Source of the DNA: Myxococcota bacterium
GTDB lineage: Bacteria > Myxococcota_A > UBA9160 > UBA4427
Direction of reading: 5' to 3'
Length of the DNA stretch: 64,000 nt
Assembly: GCA_965250285.1 (NCBI GenBank)
Contig: OZ252299.1
Span: 2,688,001 to 2,752,000 of the forward strand
Positions 33,030 through 42,097 of the stretch are shown here, piece by piece. Made by a program: the position numbers and the translations under genes. The notes beneath the pieces were generated by a model. That model did not search any database. It saw only the letters and a program-made list of their open reading frames with translations, and was not told the origin of the DNA. Numbering within the stretch: position 1 is the first letter of the stretch; each line of letters begins with the position of its first letter.

Positions 33030-34169
33030 TCAGACGCCCGTGTTGCCGCGCTCTTCGAGGCGATCCGACCGCGGCTCACGCGCCGCGAGCTGACCGCAGG
33101 CGGCGTCGATGTCGCGACCCCGGTTGCGTCGCAGCGTGACTCGCACACCCGCATCGTGCAGCTCCGCCGTGAAACGGTCGACGACCGCGTCTTCGGGGGG
33201 CTGCTCGACTGCATCGGGGTGCGGGTTCATCGGGATCACGTTCACCTTCGACGGAATGCCGCGTAGCAGCTTCGCGAGGCGGCGCGCATCGGCGACTGAG
33301 TCGTTCACGTCCTTCATGAGCGTGTACTCGAAGAACACGGGCCGCTTCTTCGTGATGAGCGGCTCTTCGCGCAGCGTGCGCAGCAGCGCGTCGAGCGGAA
33401 ACCGCTTGTTGAGCGGCACGAGGACATCGCGCACGGCGTCGGTCGTCGCGTGCAGTGAGATCGCGAGATTGATCGGCCCGATCTCGAGCAGCGGCTTGAT
33501 CTTCGGCAGCACACCCGACGTCGAGACCGTCACGCGCCGAGGGGCCATCGCGAACGCCTTGGGGTCGGTGAGCAGGCGTACACTCTCGGTGACCGCCGGC
33601 AGGTTGAGCAGCGGCTCGCCCATCCCCATGAAGACGATGTTCGTGAGCGACTCGTCGTCATCGAGGGCCGCTCGGGCGTGACGAACCTGATCGACGATCT
33701 CGCCCGTCGTGAGGTTGCGCGTGAAGCCCAGCGCACCGGTCGCGCAGAACGAGCAGGCGAGCGGGCACCCGACCTGCGTCGAGACGCAGAGGGTATTGCG
33801 CCGCTCCTCGGGGATCAGCACCGCCTCGACCGCTTCGCCGTCGCGTGTGCACAGCAAGAGCTTGCGCGTGCCGTCGCGCGACTTCTGCACGCGCTCCACC
33901 TGCAAGGCCTCGGCGTCGTAGTCCTCGGCGAGGTGCGCGCGCAGCTCGGCCGGCAGGTTCGTCATGTCGGCCGGGTCCGACACGTCGTGGCGATAGAGCC
34001 AGTCGGCGACCTGATCGGCTCGGTACGCCGAATGGCCGGCGTCTTTCAGTCGCGCTCGCAGGGCGTCGCGCGAGAAGTCCTGCACGCAGGGCCGCTTCGG
34101 GCGCGTCCCACGGCCACCTCCGCCCTCGAGGTCGAGCGTCGCGATCGAGTCCGCCACAGGCTGGGTCAC
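33030..34169 (-). CDS. rlmN: 23S rRNA m2A2503/tRNA methyltransferase RlmN
   Basis: CVSTQVGCPLACSFCATG (radical SAM), FMGMGEPL, DIDAACGQL; GTGA overlap with trmB. Confidence 0.96.
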   Translation of the reverse strand: MTQPVADSIATLDLEGGGGRGTRPKRPCVQDFSRDALRARLKDAGHSAYRADQVADWLYRHDVSDPADMTNLPAELRAHLAEDYDAEALQVERVQKSRDGTRKLLLCTRDGEAVEAVLIPEERRNTLCVSTQVGCPLACSFCATGALGFTRNLTTGEIVDQVRHARAALDDDESLTNIVFMGMGEPLLNLPAVTESVRLLTDPKAFAMAPRRVTVSTSGVLPKIKPLLEIGPINLAISLHATTDAVRDVLVPLNKRFPLDALLRTLREEPLITKKRPVFFEYTLMKDVNDSVADARRLAKLLRGIPSKVNVIPMNPHPDAVEQPPEDAVVDRFTAELHDAGVRVTLRRNRGRDIDAACGQLAAREPRSDRLEERGNTGV

Positions 34170-34849
34170 CCCGACACCTCGGCGTCGCCGACGCCCGGCG
34201 TGGCCTGCTCGACCGGTCGCGCATAGTCGAAGAAGTGCAGCGGACGCCCTTCGGCGCGCCACTCGGCCTCGTAGCCCGTGGTCGGTCGCCCCTCGACTTC
34301 GTCGAGCCAGCGCTCGGGCAGATGCAGATTGAGGAGCATCGACTCGCCCCGCATCACTTCGTCGATCTGCTCGGCGTAGGGCACGTCGTCGGTGGCGATG
34401 TGGAGCACCCCGCCGGGCTTGAGCGCCTCGGCGACGCTGCGCACGAACGCCGGCTGCACGAGGCGCCGCCTGGCGTGGCGGTCCTTGGGCCAGGGATCGG
34501 AGAAGTTGATCCAGACCTCGTCGACCGACCCCTTCGGCACGCCCTCGGCCATCACCATCTCGCCCCGCGCTTCGAGCACACGCACGTTCGTCAGCTCGGT
34601 TCGAGCGAGCTTGCGGGCCATCTTGAGCACCCGCTTGAACGACACCTCGACGCCGAGGAACGCGGTGTGCGGCGCGCGCGGCGCAATCTCGAGCAGAAAC
34701 TCGCCGCGGCCGAACCCGATCTCGACGACGAAGCGCTCGGGCGACTCGAGCTCGGGGCGAAACACGGCGAACGCGTCCTCGGGATCGAGGTCGGTCGTCG
34801 TGCGGCGCCAGTCGGCGCCCGGGATGTCGTACTTCAACGATCTCGGCAT
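34166..34849 (-). CDS. trmB: tRNA (guanine-N7)-methyltransferase TrmB
   Basis: VEIGFGRGEF, NFSDPWPKDRHARRRL, IATD, TGYE. Confidence 0.93.
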   Translation of the reverse strand: MPRSLKYDIPGADWRRTTTDLDPEDAFAVFRPELESPERFVVEIGFGRGEFLLEIAPRAPHTAFLGVEVSFKRVLKMARKLARTELTNVRVLEARGEMVMAEGVPKGSVDEVWINFSDPWPKDRHARRRLVQPAFVRSVAEALKPGGVLHIATDDVPYAEQIDEVMRGESMLLNLHLPERWLDEVEGRPTTGYEAEWRAEGRPLHFFDYARPVEQATPGVGDAEVSG

Positions 34850-34904
34850 CACTCGCTTCTTCGCGGCTCGTGGCTCCGGCGAGTCTCGGCCGGGGGGCGC
34901 GCGC

Positions 34905-36503
34905 TCAGCTGCCCGTGAGCCAGCCGGTGAGACGTTCCCACGGCATGATCTGGGGCAGCACGCGGAATCGGGGGCGTTCGAGGTCGTGCAGCCCCGCGCG
35001 CCGGTGCGCCCGTCGGGTGGCTTCGAGGGGCCCGCCGAGCCGGTCGACGAGGCCGATCTCGAGGGCCCGCGCGCCGCTCCAGACCCGACCTTCTGCGATC
35101 CGCTCGACCGCCGCGCGGTCGAGCCGCCGACCGTCGGCCACGCGGCGCAGGAAGATATCGTAGATCGCGCCCAGCTCGCGCCGCAGCAGCCGGCGTTCGG
35201 GCGGGCTGAAGCCCCGATCCTCTGAGAAGAGCCCCGAGCGAGCCCCCCGCTCGACGGTCTCCTTGACGATGCCCAGGCGCTCGTAGAGCTTCGACAGATC
35301 GAGCTTGCCGCCGACGACCCCGATCGAGCCGGTGATCGATGCGTCTTCGGCGTGGATCTCCTCGGCGGCCGCAGCGAGGTAGTAGCCGCCCGACGCGGCG
35401 ACATCGGCCAGGCTCGCGACGACGGGCTTCTCTTCGCGCAGGCGCACGAGCTCGCGATGCATGAGATCGGAGGCGAGCGCGTCGCCCCCGGGCGAATCGA
35501 TGCGCAGCACGACGGCCCGAACGGCGGGGTCGGTGCGCAGCGCCTCGGCCGTGCGTCGAAACGCATCGAGTGAGATTCCGCTGCGCGGGCCGCTGCCGAT
35601 CGAGCCGGCGAGCACCCAGTACGCGATGTCGACGGCGCGGCCGTAGGGGCCGGTGGTGCCGTCCCAGGCGCGCACGTCGAGGGCGAGGTAGCGCGCGCCT
35701 TCGACGACCCGGGTCTCGCGTACGGCGCGGCGCCCCGGTCGATCGCGCCCCGGCGTGAGTCGGGCCTCGACCTGATCGGCGTAGCAACACGCGTCGATCA
35801 GACCGGCATCGAGGGCGACGCGGGCGGGAAAGAGCGCTTCGTCCACGAGGTCGTGGACGCGCGCCGTGTCGAGGCCCCGCCCTTCGGCGATGGCCGCGAC
35901 GAGCGACTCGAAGACCGTGTCCTGCAGGGCGCCGATCTGCTCGCGCTGAGGATCGCTCATGCCCCGACGCGTCGCGGGCTCGGCGGCCGTCTTGTAGCGA
36001 CCGACGTGGACGACGTCGGGCCGCACGTCGATCGAATCGAGGAAGTCCTTGAAGTAGAGCTGCTCGGATCGCAGGCCGAGCAGGTTCAGGCGCGCGCTCT
36101 CGGGCGCGAGGATCTCGTCGCAGCGCGCCGCCAGTGCGTACTGCATGAGACCGGGCCCATCGAGCCAGGCGACGACCCGCTTGCCCTCGGCTCGAAACGC
36201 GTCGATCGCGCGACGCAAGGCCGCGCCGGCGCTCGGGCTCCGCCCTTCACCGCGCAGCTCGAGCCAGATGCCCGCCACGCGCGGGTCGTGCGCTGCATGG
36301 TCGAATACGCGCAGCCAGTCGAGCAGCGCCGGCTTCGGAGCGCCGCCGGAAAGGCCCGAGACGCCGAGCTCGTCTGGCGCGCCGTCGATGCGGATGTGCA
36401 GCCAGTGCCCGCCGGTGGGCGCGAGCGCCGAGCCGCGTAGACGACGGCGCACCCCGCGCCAGCCGCCGGCGAGTCGCTTGGGCCAGGCCGATGCCGTCGC
36501 CAC
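34905..36503 (-). CDS. sppA: Signal peptide peptidase SppA (two-domain)
   Basis: GRYKTAAE, LRIDSPGG, VAASGGYY, ITGSIGV, IAEGRVWSG. Confidence 0.9.
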   Translation of the reverse strand: MATASAWPKRLAGGWRGVRRRLRGSALAPTGGHWLHIRIDGAPDELGVSGLSGGAPKPALLDWLRVFDHAAHDPRVAGIWLELRGEGRSPSAGAALRRAIDAFRAEGKRVVAWLDGPGLMQYALAARCDEILAPESARLNLLGLRSEQLYFKDFLDSIDVRPDVVHVGRYKTAAEPATRRGMSDPQREQIGALQDTVFESLVAAIAEGRGLDTARVHDLVDEALFPARVALDAGLIDACCYADQVEARLTPGRDRPGRRAVRETRVVEGARYLALDVRAWDGTTGPYGRAVDIAYWVLAGSIGSGPRSGISLDAFRRTAEALRTDPAVRAVVLRIDSPGGDALASDLMHRELVRLREEKPVVASLADVAASGGYYLAAAAEEIHAEDASITGSIGVVGGKLDLSKLYERLGIVKETVERGARSGLFSEDRGFSPPERRLLRRELGAIYDIFLRRVADGRRLDRAAVERIAEGRVWSGARALEIGLVDRLGGPLEATRRAHRRAGLHDLERPRFRVLPQIMPWERLTGWLTGS

Positions 36504-36506
36504 CCG

Positions 36507-38138
36507 TCAGCTCCGCCGCACCCGGCGATGCGAGATGTAGTCGACCATCAGAAACGAGCCGAGCTGATGAGGCTGCGTGTAGAAGGCGCGGCCCCGATTG
36601 ATCTGGGTCATGCGCTCGACGAAGCCGACGAGCTCGGGCGCATCGTCGAGCATGAACGTGTTGATCGTGACGCCCTGCTGCGTGATGCGCTTCACCTGCT
36701 TGAGTGTCTCGGCCACCGCATGCGGCGAGATGCCGCCCATGCCCATGGGCCACTCGACGCGAAGTTGGCCGTCGTCGAAGTAGGCGGTCGGCTGGCCGTC
36801 CGTGATCACGATGATCTGGGGCGACGCGCAGGGGAACCGGTGGATGACGTCTTCCGCCACCATGAGCCCTTCCTGAAGATTCGTGAACGGATCGCCCATG
36901 TCCCAGCAGACCTCGGGCAGCTCGCGAATCTTGAGCTCGCGCGCGCGGGTCGAGAAACCGACGACCGCGAAGTGGTCGCGGGGGAAGCGCGTCCGAACCA
37001 GCTGATCCATTGCGAGCGCGACGCGCTTGGCCGCGGGGAACCGATCGGCCCAGCTCATCGACCAGCTCATGTCCAGCAGCAGCACCGTGGTCGTCTGGGT
37101 CGAGAAATCCATCTGGCGGATCTCGAAGTCTTCGATCTCGAGGCGCACGCGCTGCAGCCCCGTATCGACATCGGTCTCGGTCCCGCCCCGCTTCACGCCG
37201 TTCATGAGCGTCTTGACGATGTCGACGTCGAGGGGGTCGCCAAACTGCCAGGGCTTGGTCTCGTCGGGCCGCGGCGTCGCCGCGCCGTAGCTCGGCGTGT
37301 CGTGCTCGCCCCCGAGGCCCTTGCGCAGCTGGTTGTAGACGTCGGCGAGCGCCGAAGCGCCGATCTGCCGAATCGCCCGTGGCGTGAGCTCGCCGTCTCG
37401 CAGCAGCCCGGCCTGAGAGAAGTTCGATTCGAGGTCGCGAATGAGGATGAAGGACTGCGCGGCGGGGTCACCGAGCATCTCGCGCAGCTCGTCGGGCGAG
37501 ATGGGCTCGAAGTCGCCGTTCTCGAGGGCCTGGGCCATCTGCTCGAGGGCCTCGATCTGCTCGCGCACCTCCTGGGCCGTCTCGTAGTCGGCCTGCTGTG
37601 CGCCGCGAAAGCGCTGGCCCTGCTGCTCGAGGAACTCTTCGAGGGCGCGGAGCTGGTCGAGCTCTTCGAGCAGCTCGGCGAACTCATCGCCCGCTTCGCC
37701 GTCGGCGAAGTCGTGATCGCGAAAGCGCTCGACCGCATCGGCGAGCTTGGTGTCACCGGCGTGCCGCTTGTTCATGAAGTCGTTGTGCGCCTGCGACTCG
37801 TGGCCGTGCTGATCGGTCTGGGCCTGCTGCTCGCGGTCCATGATGTCTTCGAAGCGCTGGCGCAGCTCGTCGGTCGCCTGGCTCATGTCGTACTGGTCGT
37901 AGAGCTCGCGCGCCTGGTCGCGCAGCTCTCGCACCATCTCGTCGAGGCCCATGACGCGCATGTTCATGCCCGCCATCTCGAAGCCCTGACGCCGCATCCA
38001 CTCGAGGGCCTCGCGAGCGTCCAGCCCCTCCATCATCAGATCAGAGAGCGCGTCGAGGGCGCTCTTCACGTCCATGGAGAACTCGGCCTGCTGGCCATCC
38101 CAGCGGCTGTACCGAACTGCGCGATCGAGGCGTCTCAT
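36507..38138 (-). CDS. vWA-domain protein (partner of the adjacent AAA ATPase)
   Basis: RYSRWDG N-terminus; MIDAS LLDMSWSM, TNLQEGL, ITDGQPTA. Confidence 0.88.
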   Translation of the reverse strand: MRRLDRAVRYSRWDGQQAEFSMDVKSALDALSDLMMEGLDAREALEWMRRQGFEMAGMNMRVMGLDEMVRELRDQARELYDQYDMSQATDELRQRFEDIMDREQQAQTDQHGHESQAHNDFMNKRHAGDTKLADAVERFRDHDFADGEAGDEFAELLEELDQLRALEEFLEQQGQRFRGAQQADYETAQEVREQIEALEQMAQALENGDFEPISPDELREMLGDPAAQSFILIRDLESNFSQAGLLRDGELTPRAIRQIGASALADVYNQLRKGLGGEHDTPSYGAATPRPDETKPWQFGDPLDVDIVKTLMNGVKRGGTETDVDTGLQRVRLEIEDFEIRQMDFSTQTTTVLLLDMSWSMSWADRFPAAKRVALAMDQLVRTRFPRDHFAVVGFSTRARELKIRELPEVCWDMGDPFTNLQEGLMVAEDVIHRFPCASPQIIVITDGQPTAYFDDGQLRVEWPMGMGGISPHAVAETLKQVKRITQQGVTINTFMLDDAPELVGFVERMTQINRGRAFYTQPHQLGSFLMVDYISHRRVRRS

Positions 38139-38233
38139 CGGCTCATCTCCCGGGCCAGCACCCGCCCCCGCCCTGGGCGGGCTTCGCTTCGATGCCGACG
38201 CTCGCGTTGCACGTGCAAGCGAACGCCCTCCCC

Positions 38234-39655
38234 TCACGCCGCCTGGTAGCGGGGTCCGTTCTCGCCGTCACTCTTGTTGAGCTGGTTGTGCAGGTGCAGC
38301 CCTTCGAGGATGAACTCGATCGCGCTCGCGAGCTGCGCCGACGAATCGCCCCCGGCGAGCTGGGCCGCCGCGTCGCGCAGGCCCGGGATCTCGTCGAGCC
38401 CATCGAGGTAGTCGGCCGCCTTCATCATCGGCCCGACCTCGACCTGCCAGCCCTGGTTGAATGCCTCGACGACCGTGGCCAGGCCCTCGCTCGTCAGCAG
38501 CTCGTCGAAGACCCGGCGCGTCGCGCGCCGAAGCAGCCCCTCGATGATCTCTTCTTCAGCGGTGTCGGCCCCGGCGTACTCGAGCTCGATCTTGCCCTGG
38601 GTCGAAGCGAGCAGAGCCGCGAGATCGGAGACCCGGGGCACCGCCTCGGGCTCGCCGAGGCGCAGCGCCCGGCGCAGTGCGTTGGCGAGCAGGGTTTCGT
38701 AGTTCGCCACCGTCATTCGCACGCTCACCCCCGACGCCTGAGCGATGTCGGGCGAGCTGCGCGCCTCGAACGTGATCTCGGCGACGATCGACTCCATGAA
38801 CGGCGGCAGGTGCAGGTCGATGCCCGACAGCTCGGGCACGTGCGCCTCCTGCCGCGCGATGGCGAGCTCGGTGTCTCGATCGGCGGGATAGTGCGTGCGG
38901 ATCTGGGCGGCGTAGCGATCCTTGAGCGGCGTGATGATGCGACCCCGGCTCGTGTAGTCCTCGGGGTTCGCGCTCGCGACCACCAGGATGTCGAGCGGCA
39001 GTCGCACCTGGTGGCCCTTGATCTGCACGTCGCGCTCTTCGAGCACGTTGAAGAGACCGACCTGCACCTTCTCGGTCAGATCGGGCAGCTCGTTGATGCA
39101 GAAGATGCCGCGATGGCAGCGCGGCAAAAGGCCGAAGTGAATCGTGTACTCGTCCGAGAGATGCCGTCCCTCGGCCACCTTGATCGGATCGATGTCACCG
39201 ATCAGATCGGCCACCGAAACGTCGGGGGTGGCGAGCTTCTCGGCGTAGCGATCGCTCGAGGCGAGCCACGTGATCGGCGTCGCGTCACCCTGCTCGGCGA
39301 CGAGCGCCTTGGCGTGCGCCGAGATCGGGTCGAAGGGGTCGTCATTCACCTCGCTGCCCGCCACGACGGGCACCCAGGGATCGAGCAGGCTGGTCAGCGC
39401 GCGAATCATCCGCGACTTGGCCTGACCGCGTTCGCCCAGAAAGATCAGGTCGTGGCCGCAGAGCAGCGCGTTCTGCACCGCCGGCACCACCGTCTCTTCA
39501 TACCCGAGGATGCCGGGAAAGAGTGGCTCGCCCCCGCGCAGATGCTGTTCGAGGTTCGCCAGGATCTCGGCGCGGAGCGACCTCGGTGACCAGCCGCTCG
39601 CTTTGAGCTCGCCGAGGGTTCGCGGTTCGGGCGGAGAAGAGGACACCTGGGTCAT
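38234..39655 (-). CDS. Mg-chelatase-like AAA+ ATPase
   Basis: LGERGQAKSR, IGDIDPIKVAEGR, INELPDL, ANPEDYTSRGRIITPLKDR. Confidence 0.9.
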   Translation of the reverse strand: MTQVSSSPPEPRTLGELKASGWSPRSLRAEILANLEQHLRGGEPLFPGILGYEETVVPAVQNALLCGHDLIFLGERGQAKSRMIRALTSLLDPWVPVVAGSEVNDDPFDPISAHAKALVAEQGDATPITWLASSDRYAEKLATPDVSVADLIGDIDPIKVAEGRHLSDEYTIHFGLLPRCHRGIFCINELPDLTEKVQVGLFNVLEERDVQIKGHQVRLPLDILVVASANPEDYTSRGRIITPLKDRYAAQIRTHYPADRDTELAIARQEAHVPELSGIDLHLPPFMESIVAEITFEARSSPDIAQASGVSVRMTVANYETLLANALRRALRLGEPEAVPRVSDLAALLASTQGKIELEYAGADTAEEEIIEGLLRRATRRVFDELLTSEGLATVVEAFNQGWQVEVGPMMKAADYLDGLDEIPGLRDAAAQLAGGDSSAQLASAIEFILEGLHLHNQLNKSDGENGPRYQAA

Positions 39656-39792
39656 GGGGGCTCCACGGCTTTGGGGGGCGAAGCGTGGCCCGGGCTCGGG
39701 CCCGGAACGCGCAGCGCTCCGGCGAGTGTACCGCCACCCCTGCGATGTCGAGCCGTACGATCGCTCGGCGGCCGGAGGCCGCGTGGCGCCGG

Positions 39793-40989
39793 CTAGTCGC
39801 CCGTCGCGCCCTTCCGCGCGAGCTTGCGCAGTCGCTCGACGACGTGGCGGATCACGAGCAGCACCGAGCCTTCGAGGCTCACGTTCTCGATGATCGGCAC
39901 GTCCTCATGGTCGGCGTGCTCGAGCAGGTAGTCCTGGATCTCGAGGATCTCATCGAGCCCCTCGATGTAGCGTCGCGGCCGGCGATTGGTCTCGCGCTCG
40001 GCCCGCGCCGCGAACTGGGCGCGCATCGCATCGGGATCGAAGCGCGCGACGACCTGAAAGTAGACGTGAGCGTCCCCTTCGTACGACGACAGATCGATCA
40101 GCCCGGGCACGAGTGACACGCCGTCGAGCACGAGCGATGCGTTCTCTTCGACCGCTCGGTCGATGATCGCCCGAACGCCCACGGCAACGGCCGACGCCTG
40201 CGCGAGGAAGCCCTCGATGACCGCGTCCTCGCCCCCGGCGAGACTCGGCAGCTCGCGATGGGCCGTGAACGATGAAGCGTGCAGCGTGGGCATCAGATCG
40301 GACGACAGCATGATGCGCATGACCTGGCGGATCGCGTCGGTCGAGAGCACGCGACTGATACCGAGCCGACGCGCTACCTCGAGCGCGATCGTCGTCTTGC
40401 CGACGCCGGCTGTCCCTCCGAGCAGAATGATCACCGGGCGCTGCGGCTGCTGGAACTCGCGCCACACGTCGTAGCGACCGGCGGTGCGCGCGCCGTAGCT
40501 CACTTCGAGCTCGCCATGGGCGAGGCTCCGGAGATCGCCGCGGTCGATCTGTCTCCGCCCATCGACCCGCAGCTGCCGCTCGATGCGGGCCGCGACCTCG
40601 TGTGCATCCGCCGGCTCGATCGAGGCGGCGAGCAGCGACTGCGCCAGGATGGCCTTCGAGAACGGTTCGGCGCTCGAGCCATCGACGACTTCGAGGGTGG
40701 GCGGCACGGGCATCGGGGGCTGGTGCGGGTACTCATTGCCGAGCACCTCTTCGACGAAGTCGGCCAGCTCGGCGCGCGGCACCTCGGCGCGCCCCTTGAT
40801 CTTCTCGCGGACGTGCTCCGCAGTCGCAAGCGCATCTTCGAAGGGCACGCCGCGGGCCATCAGGGAGTGCACCATGATGCCCCGCATGAAGGGGCGCCTC
40901 GCATCGCCAGAGAGGACCAGCGTCCGACGGCTCTCCCCCTCGGGCGAGCCGCCGCGGCCGTTCGCCTTGTCCTTTCTGCGGGTCGACAT
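39793..40989 (-). CDS. 2-phosphoglycerate kinase-like P-loop kinase with duplicated ATP-cone-like N-terminal domains
   Basis: RPFMRGIMVHSL and EPFSKAILAQSL repeats; GGTAGVGKTT; LSTDAIRQVMR; LHASSF; LDGVSLVPG. Confidence 0.8.
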   Translation of the reverse strand: MSTRRKDKANGRGGSPEGESRRTLVLSGDARRPFMRGIMVHSLMARGVPFEDALATAEHVREKIKGRAEVPRAELADFVEEVLGNEYPHQPPMPVPPTLEVVDGSSAEPFSKAILAQSLLAASIEPADAHEVAARIERQLRVDGRRQIDRGDLRSLAHGELEVSYGARTAGRYDVWREFQQPQRPVIILLGGTAGVGKTTIALEVARRLGISRVLSTDAIRQVMRIMLSSDLMPTLHASSFTAHRELPSLAGGEDAVIEGFLAQASAVAVGVRAIIDRAVEENASLVLDGVSLVPGLIDLSSYEGDAHVYFQVVARFDPDAMRAQFAARAERETNRRPRRYIEGLDEILEIQDYLLEHADHEDVPIIENVSLEGSVLLVIRHVVERLRKLARKGATGD

Positions 40990-41426
40990 CGGGGCAGACT
41001 ACCGTGACCGCGGGTCCGAGACGAATCGAGCCCGACGCGACCGCGACCGTACCCCCGGGTGAACGCCCAAGTGCGTCTTCGCGAAATGCCCGAAACCCGA
41101 CAAAAACCGGGCGTGTTGGGTTGACTTGCGACGCGGATGGCCCTTTCCTGCCGGGTAAGAGGGGTGGACCGCCCCGCGCCCTCCCCCCGAACCAAATTCG
41201 GGCGCAGCGGTCCCGTCCACGCTCGACCTCCGTCCTCATCCTCTGCCGCCCGGCGACGGATCGCCGCTCGACGACAGAAGGCATGAGTGACCCGCGGCGC
41301 AGCAACGCGGACGCAGGGTCAGACGGTCGAGCGATGGACGCGTGAGAAAGGGGTCGCGACGGGCTTCGCCCGGCGCGATTCGAGTGAGGTCAGCGTCGAC
41401 CGATCGACGCACGGGTGGGGGGACCG

Positions 41427-41969
41427 ATGAGCGAGCAGACCCAGCGCGCGCGAACACCGAAGAAGGAAGTCCGCGCCGCTCCCTGCGATGAAGACGACGC
41501 GCAGGCGCGCAGCGCCGTGCCGAAGCACGAGTACCGCCCGCAAGAGGTGGTGCAGATTCTGGGCGTCACGCGACGTCAGCTGCAGTACTGGGCGCAGACC
41601 GATCTGGTCGTTCCCTCGGCGCGGACCCGCGGCGGACACCACCGCTACACCTTCGACGATCTCGTCGCGCTGAAGGCGACCAAGCGCCTGATCGACGCGG
41701 GTGTCTCGGTGCAGCGGATCCGCAGCAGCATCCAGGCTCTCCGGCAGATGCTCCCGCAGATCGAGCGGCCGCTCACCGAGCTCGTGCTCGTCGCGACGGG
41801 CGACGTCGTGCTCGTCTTCCGCGAAGACAGCGCGTTCGAAGCGGTGACCGGACAGGAGTGGGTCTTCGAGGTCGCGCGGTTCCAGCGCGAGCTCGAGAAG
41901 TGGCACGACCTTCGGCGGGCGCGCCCCGTGCGGCGCGCCGGCGCAGGAGGAGTGAGCCGGTCCGCGTGA
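41427..41969 (+). CDS. MerR-family HTH protein
   Basis: EVVQILGVTRRQLQYWAQTDLVVPS...RYTFDDLVALKATKRLIDAGVSVQRIR. Confidence 0.88.
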   Translation: MSEQTQRARTPKKEVRAAPCDEDDAQARSAVPKHEYRPQEVVQILGVTRRQLQYWAQTDLVVPSARTRGGHHRYTFDDLVALKATKRLIDAGVSVQRIRSSIQALRQMLPQIERPLTELVLVATGDVVLVFREDSAFEAVTGQEWVFEVARFQRELEKWHDLRRARPVRRAGAGGVSRSA

Positions 41970-42097
41970 CCGGCGCCGTCGAGCAGGAGCAGGTGGCAGG
42001 CGATCGGTGGATGCAGCGGCAGACGCGTTGAGAGGGTCGGACGTCCGAGCCGGCCGGCGGTCCGGTTGGGGGACCGCTGCTGCATGAGGGGGACACC

